64,000 nt of DNA, from assembly GCA_001780285.1 (NCBI GenBank), contig MFGN01000034.1:10462-74461 (forward strand), given 5' to 3'. Positions 9,326-19,076 of this stretch are shown here, one piece after another. Source of the DNA: Candidatus Falkowbacteria bacterium RIFOXYD12_FULL_34_57 (GTDB lineage Bacteria; Patescibacteriota; Patescibacteriia; Patescibacteriales; UBA12075). Each line of letters opens with the position of its first letter. Position 1 is the stretch's first letter. The position numbers and the translations under genes are program-made. The notes beneath the pieces are model-generated. The model searched no databases, had not been told where the DNA came from, and worked only from the letters and a program-made list of their open reading frames with translations.

Positions 9326-10927
9326 TTATCCAAATGGCAGGTTAGCGGGAGGAGCCCCTCTCCTGTCTGCATTTTTTTTAGTGATATCGCTAATATCTTT
9401 TGGAGTTTGTATAGCGCCAATATCCTCTCTAAGGTGGTCAATTTGCGCCGAGCTATCTATGGCGCCGCCAAGATCTTCGGTAAATATTTCATCTTTTGCC
9501 TCTTTTTTACTTGCAAGCATTCTTAATCTGCTCTCTTTGGTTTGCCGCGCAGCATCTTTGTCTTTTTCAAACAACTCGGTTCTTCTGTCCGATTTTATTT
9601 GAGTAAACAACTCCTCACTAACCATATCCTCTCCCACGGGAAGCGACATCGGCGGCTCAGATTTCTTTCCCGGAGTCTTTTGAATCAAAGGCGCTTTTAC
9701 TACTGCTTCAATGGGGAAATGCCACAAAGTTGCCAGTTCCTCAACATTTAATATGCCTGTTTTTCCACCCTTTGTGCTATCCCTGTTTTTATAATTGCTC
9801 ATCAGCTTTATTCTTTTGCTATTCTTCCGGCTTTCGGTAAAAAAATAAGATGCTGAAACAGCTGTGTATTTATCGGGCTTCAGGTTGTTCAAATCCAAAT
9901 CAGCGAACTGTTTTATAAATCCCACAAAACCGGAAGCAACTTTTGGCTTTTTAAACAAATCTTTTTTGGCAATATATATAAATCTGGTTTTGAACTCCAA
10001 TCCTATTTTAGCAATTTTATTTTGAATAGCTTCTATTTGCTTCTTTTCCTTCGGCTTCAGATTAAACATCTTAAAAGTATTATCTTCTTTTTTCGCATCC
10101 TCTTTTCCCCCAAGGCGAATAATAATCTCGCTTAATTCCCATAAAAGGTTGGTAATCATCTTGGTAACATTGCTCACTATATCGTTTGATCCCTTATTTT
10201 CTCCCAAGAGCTTGCTTATTTCCGTGTCTCCGACTTTTGGCCAATTAAATCCGTGAGGGGTTACAATTATCTGAAACCAGGCCTGTTCACCCGGAACCAA
10301 ACTGCTATAAAGATCCATGAGAGACGCCATGGGATCGTTAAAATATTCTTCCGGTTCCCCCATCTGATGCATAAATTCTTCATACATTTTTATGGGATAA
10401 GCGGAGCTTTTTGCCAAACAAAATTCACTGCCCCACATCTCGTATTCATCATCAGGAAAACGGCCAGGCATATCCTTGGTATAATCATTCACTTCCGTAA
10501 TTTCCGCATCAGGATACTGGGAATAAACGGCAGATTCTACCAAATTACGAAAAATCTCCGGGGTATGAATCAGGAACTGTGTATATCCGTCTATACTTAC
10601 AATTTCCAAACTAAAAGAAAGCTGCGAGTATCCTTCCCAGTATTTTTCAATTAAATCCGGTTCACTGTGGGCGCCGGCTAAATATGTAAAAATATTTTCT
10701 ACGGCGCGAGGCGACTGTGTGTTGCCCTTGGGAATGTCAATGGCTAAAAGCGTGAATCCCTTATCAGCCGCCCACTTACCCTGAATATAATTCATCCAAA
10801 TCTCTTTAAATCCCCAAAGAAAAACCACAACAATAGGAATCCAGCCAAAAAGAATCAAAAACCTTAAAAGCATTTGATCCGGCGGCAAAGCCATGAATTT
10901 ATAAATAGGGGTCAAATCAATCTCCAT
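9326..10927 (-). CDS. Membrane-anchored hypothetical protein, upstream partner of the VirD4-like ATPase
   Basis: 533 aa with one N-terminal hydrophobic segment (LLRFLILFGWIPIVVVFLWGF), a large soluble domain and an acidic/basic tail. It is co-oriented with the ATPase and lies 131 nt upstream of it. Confidence 0.7.
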   Translation of the reverse strand: MEIDLTPIYKFMALPPDQMLLRFLILFGWIPIVVVFLWGFKEIWMNYIQGKWAADKGFTLLAIDIPKGNTQSPRAVENIFTYLAGAHSEPDLIEKYWEGYSQLSFSLEIVSIDGYTQFLIHTPEIFRNLVESAVYSQYPDAEITEVNDYTKDMPGRFPDDEYEMWGSEFCLAKSSAYPIKMYEEFMHQMGEPEEYFNDPMASLMDLYSSLVPGEQAWFQIIVTPHGFNWPKVGDTEISKLLGENKGSNDIVSNVTKMITNLLWELSEIIIRLGGKEDAKKEDNTFKMFNLKPKEKKQIEAIQNKIAKIGLEFKTRFIYIAKKDLFKKPKVASGFVGFIKQFADLDLNNLKPDKYTAVSASYFFTESRKNSKRIKLMSNYKNRDSTKGGKTGILNVEELATLWHFPIEAVVKAPLIQKTPGKKSEPPMSLPVGEDMVSEELFTQIKSDRRTELFEKDKDAARQTKESRLRMLASKKEAKDEIFTEDLGGAIDSSAQIDHLREDIGAIQTPKDISDITKKNADRRGAPPANLPFG

Positions 10928-11261
10928 AATTAACTTAAATTTTCAACTTTTCAAATCACATAGGACTTACGCGTTTGCCTAAAAAGACACCCAATGTCCA
11001 ATATTTTTAAAATAAGTATTAACATTTAAAGCCTAATTGAGGGTTAAATTCTGTACACAGGACATTGGGTATCTGTAAAAATGTAAAATTCTATCAAACG
11101 CGCAAATTCTATCATAATAAAAAATAATTAAGATTTAATCCGCCTCGGGTGGATATAGACTTTAAAAACTTTTACCAGTTATTATTATACCACATTTACC
11201 CCGCAAACCACAAATAAAAAAACAGGTCCAATAGCCTGTTTTTTTATGATTATATTAATTT

Positions 11262-12497
11262 TTATACGTTTACCAAGGTGTATCTTCCTCCGGCTCTGTC
11301 AAATTTGTCTTTATTCATCAGAGCTAGGATAATTGTTGCTTTTTTAACCATTCTTTTTTCCAAGACTCTTTCTATGATTTCTTCCCTGGATAATGGTTTT
11401 TCGGCTTCTTCCAAAACTTCTTCAATCACATCAATTACATTTCCCTTTTTATAGCCCCAATCTTTAAGGCCGTATAATCCTCTTCCGACAAGCACATATT
11501 TACTATCAAGAATTAATTCATTGTGCACTGTGGCGGCATTAGCAATCTTGTTATCAAATTTTACTTCATTGATATGCTTTGCGATGTCCACAAAATACAG
11601 CGGTTTATTATGATTCTTCAGTATTAAGAAAATTTTATCATTGATTGTTTTGGGCTTTATTTCGCGCCAATTATCTACGCCCCAGTGCCCGAATTTATTC
11701 TGTTCTATTCTTTTTGCGGCTTTTAATACCGAATATATAATTTTATTCTGATTAATCAATTCTTTATTTTCTTCAAAAAAATCAAAATTCAAAATATTGG
11801 AAATATCCAGAGTGTGTTCAAAGTCAAATTTTTCTTTGTGCTTGCTATATGTCTCCATGCCGGAGGCAGCCTTTATGAGCTCTTCGGTGGTATGAATTCT
11901 CTTGTTTTCCTTTATTTTTGAAAATATTTCATCAACCAATTCTTCCAAATGGCTTATTTCGTGAAACTTTAATTTATAAAAACTCTTAAAGTGCTTATGG
12001 TTGTTTTCTTCTTCAAACTCATTGTGTAATAATTTGGTAATCAAAAAGTTTAAATAATTCTTATGGATATTTTCACTCTTTTCTTCCGAACGAAAACTAT
12101 TTAATGAAAAACCAACTAAAATCTCTAATAAATATTCTTTCTCCATCATGCCGCCATGCTCTTCCAGCAGCAATCTAATCACATTCTTCAGACCATTTAC
12201 ATACTCTTCCAAATTTTTAAGTTGTTGAAGCTTCTTGACACTATTTGTTTCTATCTGCCTGATTCTTTCCCTGGTAAGATTATGGTCATTTCCAATACTC
12301 TCCAAAGTTTCTTTAGATTCACCATGAAGACCATGTCTCTTGATAAGCACATCCCGCTCTCTGTCAACAAGCTCACCAAATAAATTGTTGATAATCTCAA
12401 CCGCATTTAAATTAGCCACTTCTTCGGCTTTTTTGTTGTTGATGATTTGATCTAAAATTGATGTAGTACTCATATTATTTATTTGAGTGTCAAGCAT
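11262..12497 (-). CDS. DNA-binding protein with sigma-70 region-4-like HTH and a C-terminal winged-helix (HARE-HTH-like) domain
   Basis: ETLESIGNDHNLTRERIRQIETNSVKKLQ matches the region 4.2 signature. The C-terminal segment PLYFVDIAKHINEV...YVLVGRGLYGLKDW is winged-helix-like. Confidence 0.6.
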   Translation of the reverse strand: MLDTQINNMSTTSILDQIINNKKAEEVANLNAVEIINNLFGELVDRERDVLIKRHGLHGESKETLESIGNDHNLTRERIRQIETNSVKKLQQLKNLEEYVNGLKNVIRLLLEEHGGMMEKEYLLEILVGFSLNSFRSEEKSENIHKNYLNFLITKLLHNEFEEENNHKHFKSFYKLKFHEISHLEELVDEIFSKIKENKRIHTTEELIKAASGMETYSKHKEKFDFEHTLDISNILNFDFFEENKELINQNKIIYSVLKAAKRIEQNKFGHWGVDNWREIKPKTINDKIFLILKNHNKPLYFVDIAKHINEVKFDNKIANAATVHNELILDSKYVLVGRGLYGLKDWGYKKGNVIDVIEEVLEEAEKPLSREEIIERVLEKRMVKKATIILALMNKDKFDRAGGRYTLVNV

Positions 12498-12716
12498 GAA
12501 TCAACTCTCTTAATAAAATTATTTATATGTTCCATTATCATAGCATGAATTTTATTTTTAGTCAAGTGTTTTTTATTATAACATATTTTAAATATCAATA
12601 AAAGAAAAAATGTACTAATATTAAACAAAAAAATTCTTTTGTCAAAAAAAGAATTTTATGGTCTGCTCTTATTAATTTTCTAAAAATTTTTTTATTTTTC
12701 TAAAAATTTTTTCTTT

Positions 12717-13658
12717 CTAAAATCCTAAATACTCAATTTCCTCCTGCAGCTGCACCCCGAATCTGTCCCTGACTTGCTGTTTTATAAAGCTAATCATCAT
12801 CACCACCTCCTCTGCGCGCGCCTTGCCCGTGTTCACGATAAAATTGGCATGCTCCAAACTGATTTTTGTTCCGCCGATTTTCTTTCCCTGGAGGTCAAGC
12901 CGGCTGATAATCCACCCGGCGCCAACCTTGCCGCCTTTTATGAGGCCCTCGCGTTCTGCCGCATCGGAGAGATATCTGTTTCCCTTTTGCAGATCTGAAA
13001 ACAGAACATTTTTAAATATACATCCGGCGCTTGGCAGTTTTGGCTGAGTGCTGTTGCGATGCCCCAGGTACTGAGAAACTGTTTTATTGATTTCCTCTAT
13101 CTCTCCTTTTTTCATTCTGAGTGTAGCGCTCCAAATAAGCAAATTCCGATCTTTCTTAAAAATGCTTTCCCTGTAAGAAAACTTGCAATCATTACCGCTC
13201 AATATATAGCTTCTTTTTTTTTTAATATTAAACACCTCCACAGTTTCTACACAATCCGCCAATTGTCCGCCAAATGCTCCGGCATTGCCGCGGATAGCCC
13301 CGCCCAGGCTTCCCGGAATGCCGATTGCCCATTCCAATCCGGACAGGCCGCCTCCTATCGCCCGCCTGACAATCTGCGGCAGATCCGTTCCTGCTCCGGC
13401 TTCAATCCGTTCTCCGCGGATTTCCAGGCCCTTATTTTCCATTTTGACAACTATTCCGCCAAAACCATCATCGCTTATCAGGACGTTGCTTCCGCCGGAA
13501 AGTATCGCGTAATTAATCTTTTTTTTCCGAATCCACTCAAAAACCTCCGCCAATTCTTCCTTGGTGCGGATTTTCACAAAATACTTGGCCTGGCCGCCGA
13601 TTCTAAAAGTAGTCATCGGCGCCAGCGAAATATTTTCTTGTATTTTAGGCTCTATCAT
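12717..13658 (-). CDS. murB: UDP-N-acetylenolpyruvoylglucosamine reductase
   Basis: Motifs LAPMTTFRIGGQAKYF and ILSGGSNVLISD; 313 aa. Confidence 0.9.
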   Translation of the reverse strand: MIEPKIQENISLAPMTTFRIGGQAKYFVKIRTKEELAEVFEWIRKKKINYAILSGGSNVLISDDGFGGIVVKMENKGLEIRGERIEAGAGTDLPQIVRRAIGGGLSGLEWAIGIPGSLGGAIRGNAGAFGGQLADCVETVEVFNIKKKRSYILSGNDCKFSYRESIFKKDRNLLIWSATLRMKKGEIEEINKTVSQYLGHRNSTQPKLPSAGCIFKNVLFSDLQKGNRYLSDAAEREGLIKGGKVGAGWIISRLDLQGKKIGGTKISLEHANFIVNTGKARAEEVVMMISFIKQQVRDRFGVQLQEEIEYLGF

Positions 13659-13764
13659 AGATATATCGTAAAAAAAGAAAAAGGATTAAATTCATTTCAA
13701 TAATATTTTTTCTCATTCACCCTTACTTTTATAAATAATAAAAATAATTAAATAATGGGGAACT

Positions 13765-14802
13765 CTAAGGGCGAAACACTGCCCTAAACCTGTTGCTATC
13801 AGTGACAAGAATTGAAAACACGAAAGAACAAGCGTTGACGCCGGCTACCCGGGCATATCTGTAGAAGTACTGATCCGAAAACCATTCATAGCTTCCACTA
13901 TCAGACAAATCCAAGCACTCATCGGTCCGTCCGACCATTTGCCCGTAATCACCTAAAGTCGTATCAGATGAGCATCCGGTCTCATAATCAGACCCGCCGT
14001 CCTTATAGCCGCAAAAACCGTAAAAATCTTGACTGGTTGGCAGTCTGGTCCCTTTCCAGTTCTTGAGAACCTCAGGCGTTATCGGCCCTTCATAACAAGC
14101 CTCATTACTCGTGCAAGTAGCATCCGGCGCCGTATAGCCCCCCTGGTCCGGCAAATCCTTGCGGCCGTCATAGCAGTCTGCCTGGCACAGGGCGCAGTCG
14201 CCGTCATTCCAGGTATTGTCCGCCAACCCGCCCGAATTAATACCGGAATAACTGGCCACGGTTCCGTTCGGAAAATACCCGGAACAGGTATAGGCGGCGA
14301 TATAACTATTATCTATATCAGAAGCATTATCATCTCCGTTCCAGCACAAAACTCCGGAACTGACCGCCGCAGTCTGGACGCAGATGCCGTCCTCTGGGTC
14401 TATATAGTCGCCGTTGCCGTTGCCGTCTTCGAACCATTCCCAGCCGGAAGCCGCATCGCAGGCCTCGCGCGTCAGCGCTACAGAAGCATTTCCGGAAGAA
14501 CTTGCCACCCAGCCCCGCCCGGGCCAATCCTGGATCTGGTACATTTTGTCATTAATATATTCCAAACGCTCGATAATGCTGCCGGTCGAACTGGCGGCTA
14601 CGGATGATGAGTCAAAATCATTATCAGTGTTGTTCGCGCCCAATATATTCTGCGCGAAATCCTGGTCCGAGGCGCTCGGCGCGGCTGTCGGCTCGGTAAA
14701 AGCCGCAAAAATATGAATAGTCGCGCCGGCTATCACGCTTAAGATAAAAATTGTTATAGAGAGCCAAAGCAAATTGGCAAGCCTCATTTTAATGGTTTGC
14801 AT
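13765..14802 (-). CDS. Secreted or membrane-anchored cysteine-rich protein, strongly GC-rich
   Basis: 345 aa with the N-terminal anchor LANLLWLSITIFILSVIAGA, more than 14 Cys and a D/G/S/A-rich composition. The C-terminal YEWFSDQY...RFRAVFRP only weakly recalls FGE-sulfatase/DUF1566-type ends. A sample line at 14401 has 35/60 G+C. Confidence 0.7.
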   Translation of the reverse strand: MQTIKMRLANLLWLSITIFILSVIAGATIHIFAAFTEPTAAPSASDQDFAQNILGANNTDNDFDSSSVAASSTGSIIERLEYINDKMYQIQDWPGRGWVASSSGNASVALTREACDAASGWEWFEDGNGNGDYIDPEDGICVQTAAVSSGVLCWNGDDNASDIDNSYIAAYTCSGYFPNGTVASYSGINSGGLADNTWNDGDCALCQADCYDGRKDLPDQGGYTAPDATCTSNEACYEGPITPEVLKNWKGTRLPTSQDFYGFCGYKDGGSDYETGCSSDTTLGDYGQMVGRTDECLDLSDSGSYEWFSDQYFYRYARVAGVNACSFVFSILVTDSNRFRAVFRP

Positions 14803-14899
14803 ATAGATAGTGAATTTTTAATTTGTAATTTTACGCCCAAGGCGGACCAGCTTTGAGCTGGCAATTTTTAATGACTAAATTTTTAAATTAAACTTTGCG

Positions 14900-16075
14900 C
14901 TAGAACAAAGCTGTTAAAAATTTTTCAACACTTATTACTCGAATATCATTTTGCACAAAATCTATACCAGTCGAAGCGACAACCTGATAAACAAAAGGGA
15001 TGTTCATTTTTTCTTTGAAATATTTTAAATGTTTTGTCGCTTTTTTGTTAGACGTTTTTACTTCTACCGCAAACCACGGTTTTTTATTTACTGTTATCAA
15101 AAAATCAACTTCCCTACCCTCAATATCACGCAAAAACTTTAATTCAACATCAAAACCTTCGCTGTCATGAAGAATATGAGAAAATTTTAAAAGATGACTC
15201 GCAACAATATTTTCCAACCGAGATCCTTCATTTTTTACTTGCGACCAATCCCACAAAAACATTTTTGGCTCCCTTCGAAGTGATTTTATCGTGCTTGCGG
15301 CATGTGGATATATTCTATAATGATAATAAAATCTTTCCAAAATATCCATCCAATGAGCCACTGTTTTATGAGTGACCTGTAAATCTTCACGAAGAGAATT
15401 CAAAGACAAAAGAGATCCCACTTTTTCAGGTAAAATAGTAGCTAAAATTTCCAAGGCCGATAAATCTCGAACAAGTTCAACGTCTCTGATATCCTCTTTG
15501 ATCAAACGACTTTGTCTTTCATTATGAAAACGACGCAGAGTTCTTTTGTTTTCTTTTAAAAATGGCTCCGGAAAACCGCCATAAACAAACAAATCGTCAA
15601 AAGTTTTTCTTAAATTTTTGGCGTCAACAAAAACTAAATCGTTTTTAACTTGAATTTTATTATCAATCTCCAAAACTTCTGCCAAAGAAAAAGGATGTAA
15701 TCGGTAATAGTGATATCTCCCCATCAGCGAATCTCCACCATGACGATACAAATCAAGCCTAGCTGAACCTGTTACCAAGATATCATATTTCTTTTTATTT
15801 TTATCCCATTCTCCTTTTACATAATTTTTCCATTTGGCATATTTATGAATTTCATCAAAAACAATAAGTTTGGCATCAGGCTCAAACTGCGAATTTATAA
15901 TTCTTTTTTTATCCTGAAGATTATCCCAATTCAAATAACTGTATTTCTTATATTGCTCTTCGCCGATTTGTTGTGCCAGAGTTGTCTTCCCCACTTGCCG
16001 TGGTCCATCAAGAAAAACCATCTTTTCCTTCAAATCATCATTAATATATTTAAATAAATTCCTTTTTTTAATCAT
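14900..16075 (-). CDS. AAA-family ATPase (AAA_14 + DUF4143-like architecture)
   Basis: Walker A is GPRQVGKTT and Walker B is LIVFDEIH; 391 aa. The promoter TTGACA-16-TATAAT lies just upstream, at about 16100-16135. Confidence 0.75.
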   Translation of the reverse strand: MIKKRNLFKYINDDLKEKMVFLDGPRQVGKTTLAQQIGEEQYKKYSYLNWDNLQDKKRIINSQFEPDAKLIVFDEIHKYAKWKNYVKGEWDKNKKKYDILVTGSARLDLYRHGGDSLMGRYHYYRLHPFSLAEVLEIDNKIQVKNDLVFVDAKNLRKTFDDLFVYGGFPEPFLKENKRTLRRFHNERQSRLIKEDIRDVELVRDLSALEILATILPEKVGSLLSLNSLREDLQVTHKTVAHWMDILERFYYHYRIYPHAASTIKSLRREPKMFLWDWSQVKNEGSRLENIVASHLLKFSHILHDSEGFDVELKFLRDIEGREVDFLITVNKKPWFAVEVKTSNKKATKHLKYFKEKMNIPFVYQVVASTGIDFVQNDIRVISVEKFLTALF

Positions 16076-16319
16076 TTTACTTAATTTTAGTACTTTTTAT
16101 TACAAGATTATTATACCATAGTAGAATATTATGTCAATATTATTATATTATAAAATAATTTATTTATTGTTTCCCCGTCTATTCACTTCGGGCGGAAACG
16201 GTGGTAGTAAAAGATTCCGTAATTATCACTCTTGCCGCCACCATAAAAACTTCAGTCGCAGCACATGGCCCAATCCCCATTTACACAGCGCTCCGCTTTA
16301 GGATGACGTGGTATATAAT

Positions 16320-17720
16320 CTATTTTATCAAATTTTGCCCTATTTTGTAAGCCTCGCCTGCTCCCATCAGAATCAGCACATCGCCCGATTTCAATTTTTC
16401 CCGCACATATGCCTCGCATTCTGCCAGTGTGGGAATATAGCTTGCGTTTTTCTGTCCTGCCTTTATAATTTTTTCAATCAAATCCCGACTATGCACATCG
16501 CCCTGCGCCTCGCGGGCCGAGCCGTAAATATCCAAGACAATCAACTCATCGGTATCGCCGAAACTTTCGGCAAAATCATTGAGCAGCGCTTTAGTGCGCG
16601 TAAAAGAATGCGGATGAAATACAGTAATTATTTTTTTATGCGGATACAGCTCTCTGGCGCCGGAAAGCGAAGCCCTTACTTCTGTCGGATGATGCGCATA
16701 ATCGTCAATAATGGCGGCGCCCCGGTATTTGCCCATCACCTGCATGCGCCTCTCCGCCCCAGTAAACTCTTCCAGATACTCCCTGATTTTAAATAAATCT
16801 ATTTCCAGCTCAATACACATCGCGATTACCCCCAAAGCATTGGAAATATTATGCCTACCCGATAGACAAATGGAGAATTCTCCCAGATCATCACCGTTAA
16901 TACTGACGCTGAATATCTGCCGACCGCCGGCTTGTTTAATCTTATGTGCTACATAATCAGCAGCATCATCTATGGCATAAGTAACTACCCGAGCCCTGGA
17001 ATTTACCTTGGCAATCCTGCAAATGACCGGATCGTTAAAATTACAAATTAAAATTCCTTTTTTTGGCATTTTACTTATAAAATCTATAAAGGCCTGATTA
17101 TAATCATCGGCTGTCCTGAAAAAATCAGGATGATCATATTCAATGTTATTAAGCAATACTGCTTTTGGTCGGTAATATTTTAATTTATTTTGATACTCAT
17201 CAGCTTCTATCACAAAATAATTAGATTTACCAATTAATGTTCCTCCCCCCAATTGCGGAATCTTAGCGCCCACAATCAAGTTCGGGTCACATCCGGCTTC
17301 CCGCATTACAAAAGCAAGCCAAGAAGAAGTTGTAGTCTTGCCATGAGTTCCGCAAACGGCAATGCCGTATTTATCATTAAACACACGAGCTAATCCTTCC
17401 GGATAAGCAATAGTTTTAATTTTACTTTTGAGGGCAAAGTCAAGTTCTTTGTTCGCTTCCGGCTTGAAGGCCGTGGAATAAATAATCAAATCTGTATCTT
17501 TGGCGATATTATCCGGACTGAATTTATGCGAAACTTTGATATTGTCTTTTTGCAGTTCATTGTAATAATAATGATCTCCTTCATCGGATCCGCTGACTTC
17601 ATAACCCATTTGTTTATACATCCGCGCCAAAGCCGAAGTCCCTGCGCCCTCTATCCCGATGATATGGATTTTTTTTCCGCCGAAAGCGGATCCGCCTTCG
17701 GCGGAAATTTTATCTAACAT
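16320..17720 (-). CDS. murC: UDP-N-acetylmuramate--L-alanine ligase
   Basis: Motifs IHIIGIEGAGTSALA and CGTHGKTTTSSW; 466 aa. Confidence 0.9.
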   Translation of the reverse strand: MLDKISAEGGSAFGGKKIHIIGIEGAGTSALARMYKQMGYEVSGSDEGDHYYYNELQKDNIKVSHKFSPDNIAKDTDLIIYSTAFKPEANKELDFALKSKIKTIAYPEGLARVFNDKYGIAVCGTHGKTTTSSWLAFVMREAGCDPNLIVGAKIPQLGGGTLIGKSNYFVIEADEYQNKLKYYRPKAVLLNNIEYDHPDFFRTADDYNQAFIDFISKMPKKGILICNFNDPVICRIAKVNSRARVVTYAIDDAADYVAHKIKQAGGRQIFSVSINGDDLGEFSICLSGRHNISNALGVIAMCIELEIDLFKIREYLEEFTGAERRMQVMGKYRGAAIIDDYAHHPTEVRASLSGARELYPHKKIITVFHPHSFTRTKALLNDFAESFGDTDELIVLDIYGSAREAQGDVHSRDLIEKIIKAGQKNASYIPTLAECEAYVREKLKSGDVLILMGAGEAYKIGQNLIK

Positions 17721-17748
17721 ATAATTAACTTTTGGGGGAATTTTATTC

Positions 17749-19053
17749 TTAATTCTTGATTCTAAAAAGCTCTCCCTCTTTTATAATCATTTCCTCGTCC
17801 ATATTCGCAACTTCCCGCTTGCACATTACCATCTTGCCGTTAACCATCACATTCTCTACATCCTGCGCTTCAACACAATATACCAAGTGGGAAAACGGAT
17901 TGTAAATTGGCGTAAGGTGCGGCTTATCCAGGTTGATAGTAATAATGTCCGCTTTCTTTCCTGCCTCAAGCGAACCCAAGTGATTTTCCTTTCCCAAAAC
18001 ACGCGCCGCGTCAATTGTTGCCATTTTTACAATTTCGTAAGCATTCAGTATTTCCGGATTTAACCCGGTTATCTTGTGGAGCATGGAGCACATCTTCATT
18101 TCGGAAAACAGGTCCAGAGTATTATTACTGGCTGCGCCGTCCGTTCCCAGCCCGACCGTAATTCCATGCTCGCGCGTCATTTCAATAATCGGCGAGATGC
18201 CGGAAGCCAGCTTCATATTACTGATCGGATTATGACTTATCTTTACATTTTTTTCTTTTAAAATATCAAAATCACCTTTCTTAAGCCACACGCTGTGGAT
18301 AGCCACAGTTCTTTCGGACAACAAATTCAAATCATTTAGATATTCTATCGGCGTCTTTTCGTATTTTTCCAGCGCATCACTTAATTCTTTCTCGGTTTCA
18401 CTGATATGAATATGGACAAGGGTATTATTGGCAAGCGCCAGTTCATTAATTTTTTCCAAATTTTCCCGAGAACAGGCATAGATGGAATGGGGCGCAAAAG
18501 CTACATCAATCAGTTCGCTCTTCTTGAATTCTTCTATTTGATCCAATGTCTTTTGTATGGCTTCTTGCGGATTTTTAGCGCTCGGTGCAGGAAAATCCAA
18601 AATCACCTCTCCCAGTATCGCCCTCTGTCCGGCCCTCTCTGCCACCCCTCCCAGCACCTCTTCAAAAAAATACATATCATTGAAACAGGTGATTCCGGAT
18701 TTAAGCATTTCTAGTACTGCGAGTTCTCCCGATCTTTTGATAAATTTCGCGTTCACATGCCTCCTCTCTGCCGGCCAAATATTGTTTTCCAGCCACTCAA
18801 TCAGGGGCAAATCATCTGCCAGCCCCCGAAAATAAGCCATAGCCGCATGTGTATGAGTATTGATAAGTCCGGGCATTACTATGCTATTACCGGCATCTAT
18901 CACTTTTTTAACTTTGTATTTCTTCTCCAAGGCGCAAGCCTCACCCACGGCCAAAATATCCGTGCCGGATACGGCTACAGCGCCATTTTCTATCCACTTA
19001 TTATCGATCACTGGCAGAATATATCTACCTTTTATAATATAATCGCAATTCAT
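17749..19053 (-). CDS. Amidohydrolase, 5-methylthioadenosine/S-adenosylhomocysteine deaminase-like
   Basis: GLINTHTHAAMAYFRGLADDLPLIEWLENNIWPAE carries the HxH metal motif; 434 aa. Confidence 0.75.
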   Translation of the reverse strand: MNCDYIIKGRYILPVIDNKWIENGAVAVSGTDILAVGEACALEKKYKVKKVIDAGNSIVMPGLINTHTHAAMAYFRGLADDLPLIEWLENNIWPAERRHVNAKFIKRSGELAVLEMLKSGITCFNDMYFFEEVLGGVAERAGQRAILGEVILDFPAPSAKNPQEAIQKTLDQIEEFKKSELIDVAFAPHSIYACSRENLEKINELALANNTLVHIHISETEKELSDALEKYEKTPIEYLNDLNLLSERTVAIHSVWLKKGDFDILKEKNVKISHNPISNMKLASGISPIIEMTREHGITVGLGTDGAASNNTLDLFSEMKMCSMLHKITGLNPEILNAYEIVKMATIDAARVLGKENHLGSLEAGKKADIITINLDKPHLTPIYNPFSHLVYCVEAQDVENVMVNGKMVMCKREVANMDEEMIIKEGELFRIKN

Positions 19054-19076
19054 ATTCTTTTGGAACTCGCAACTTG

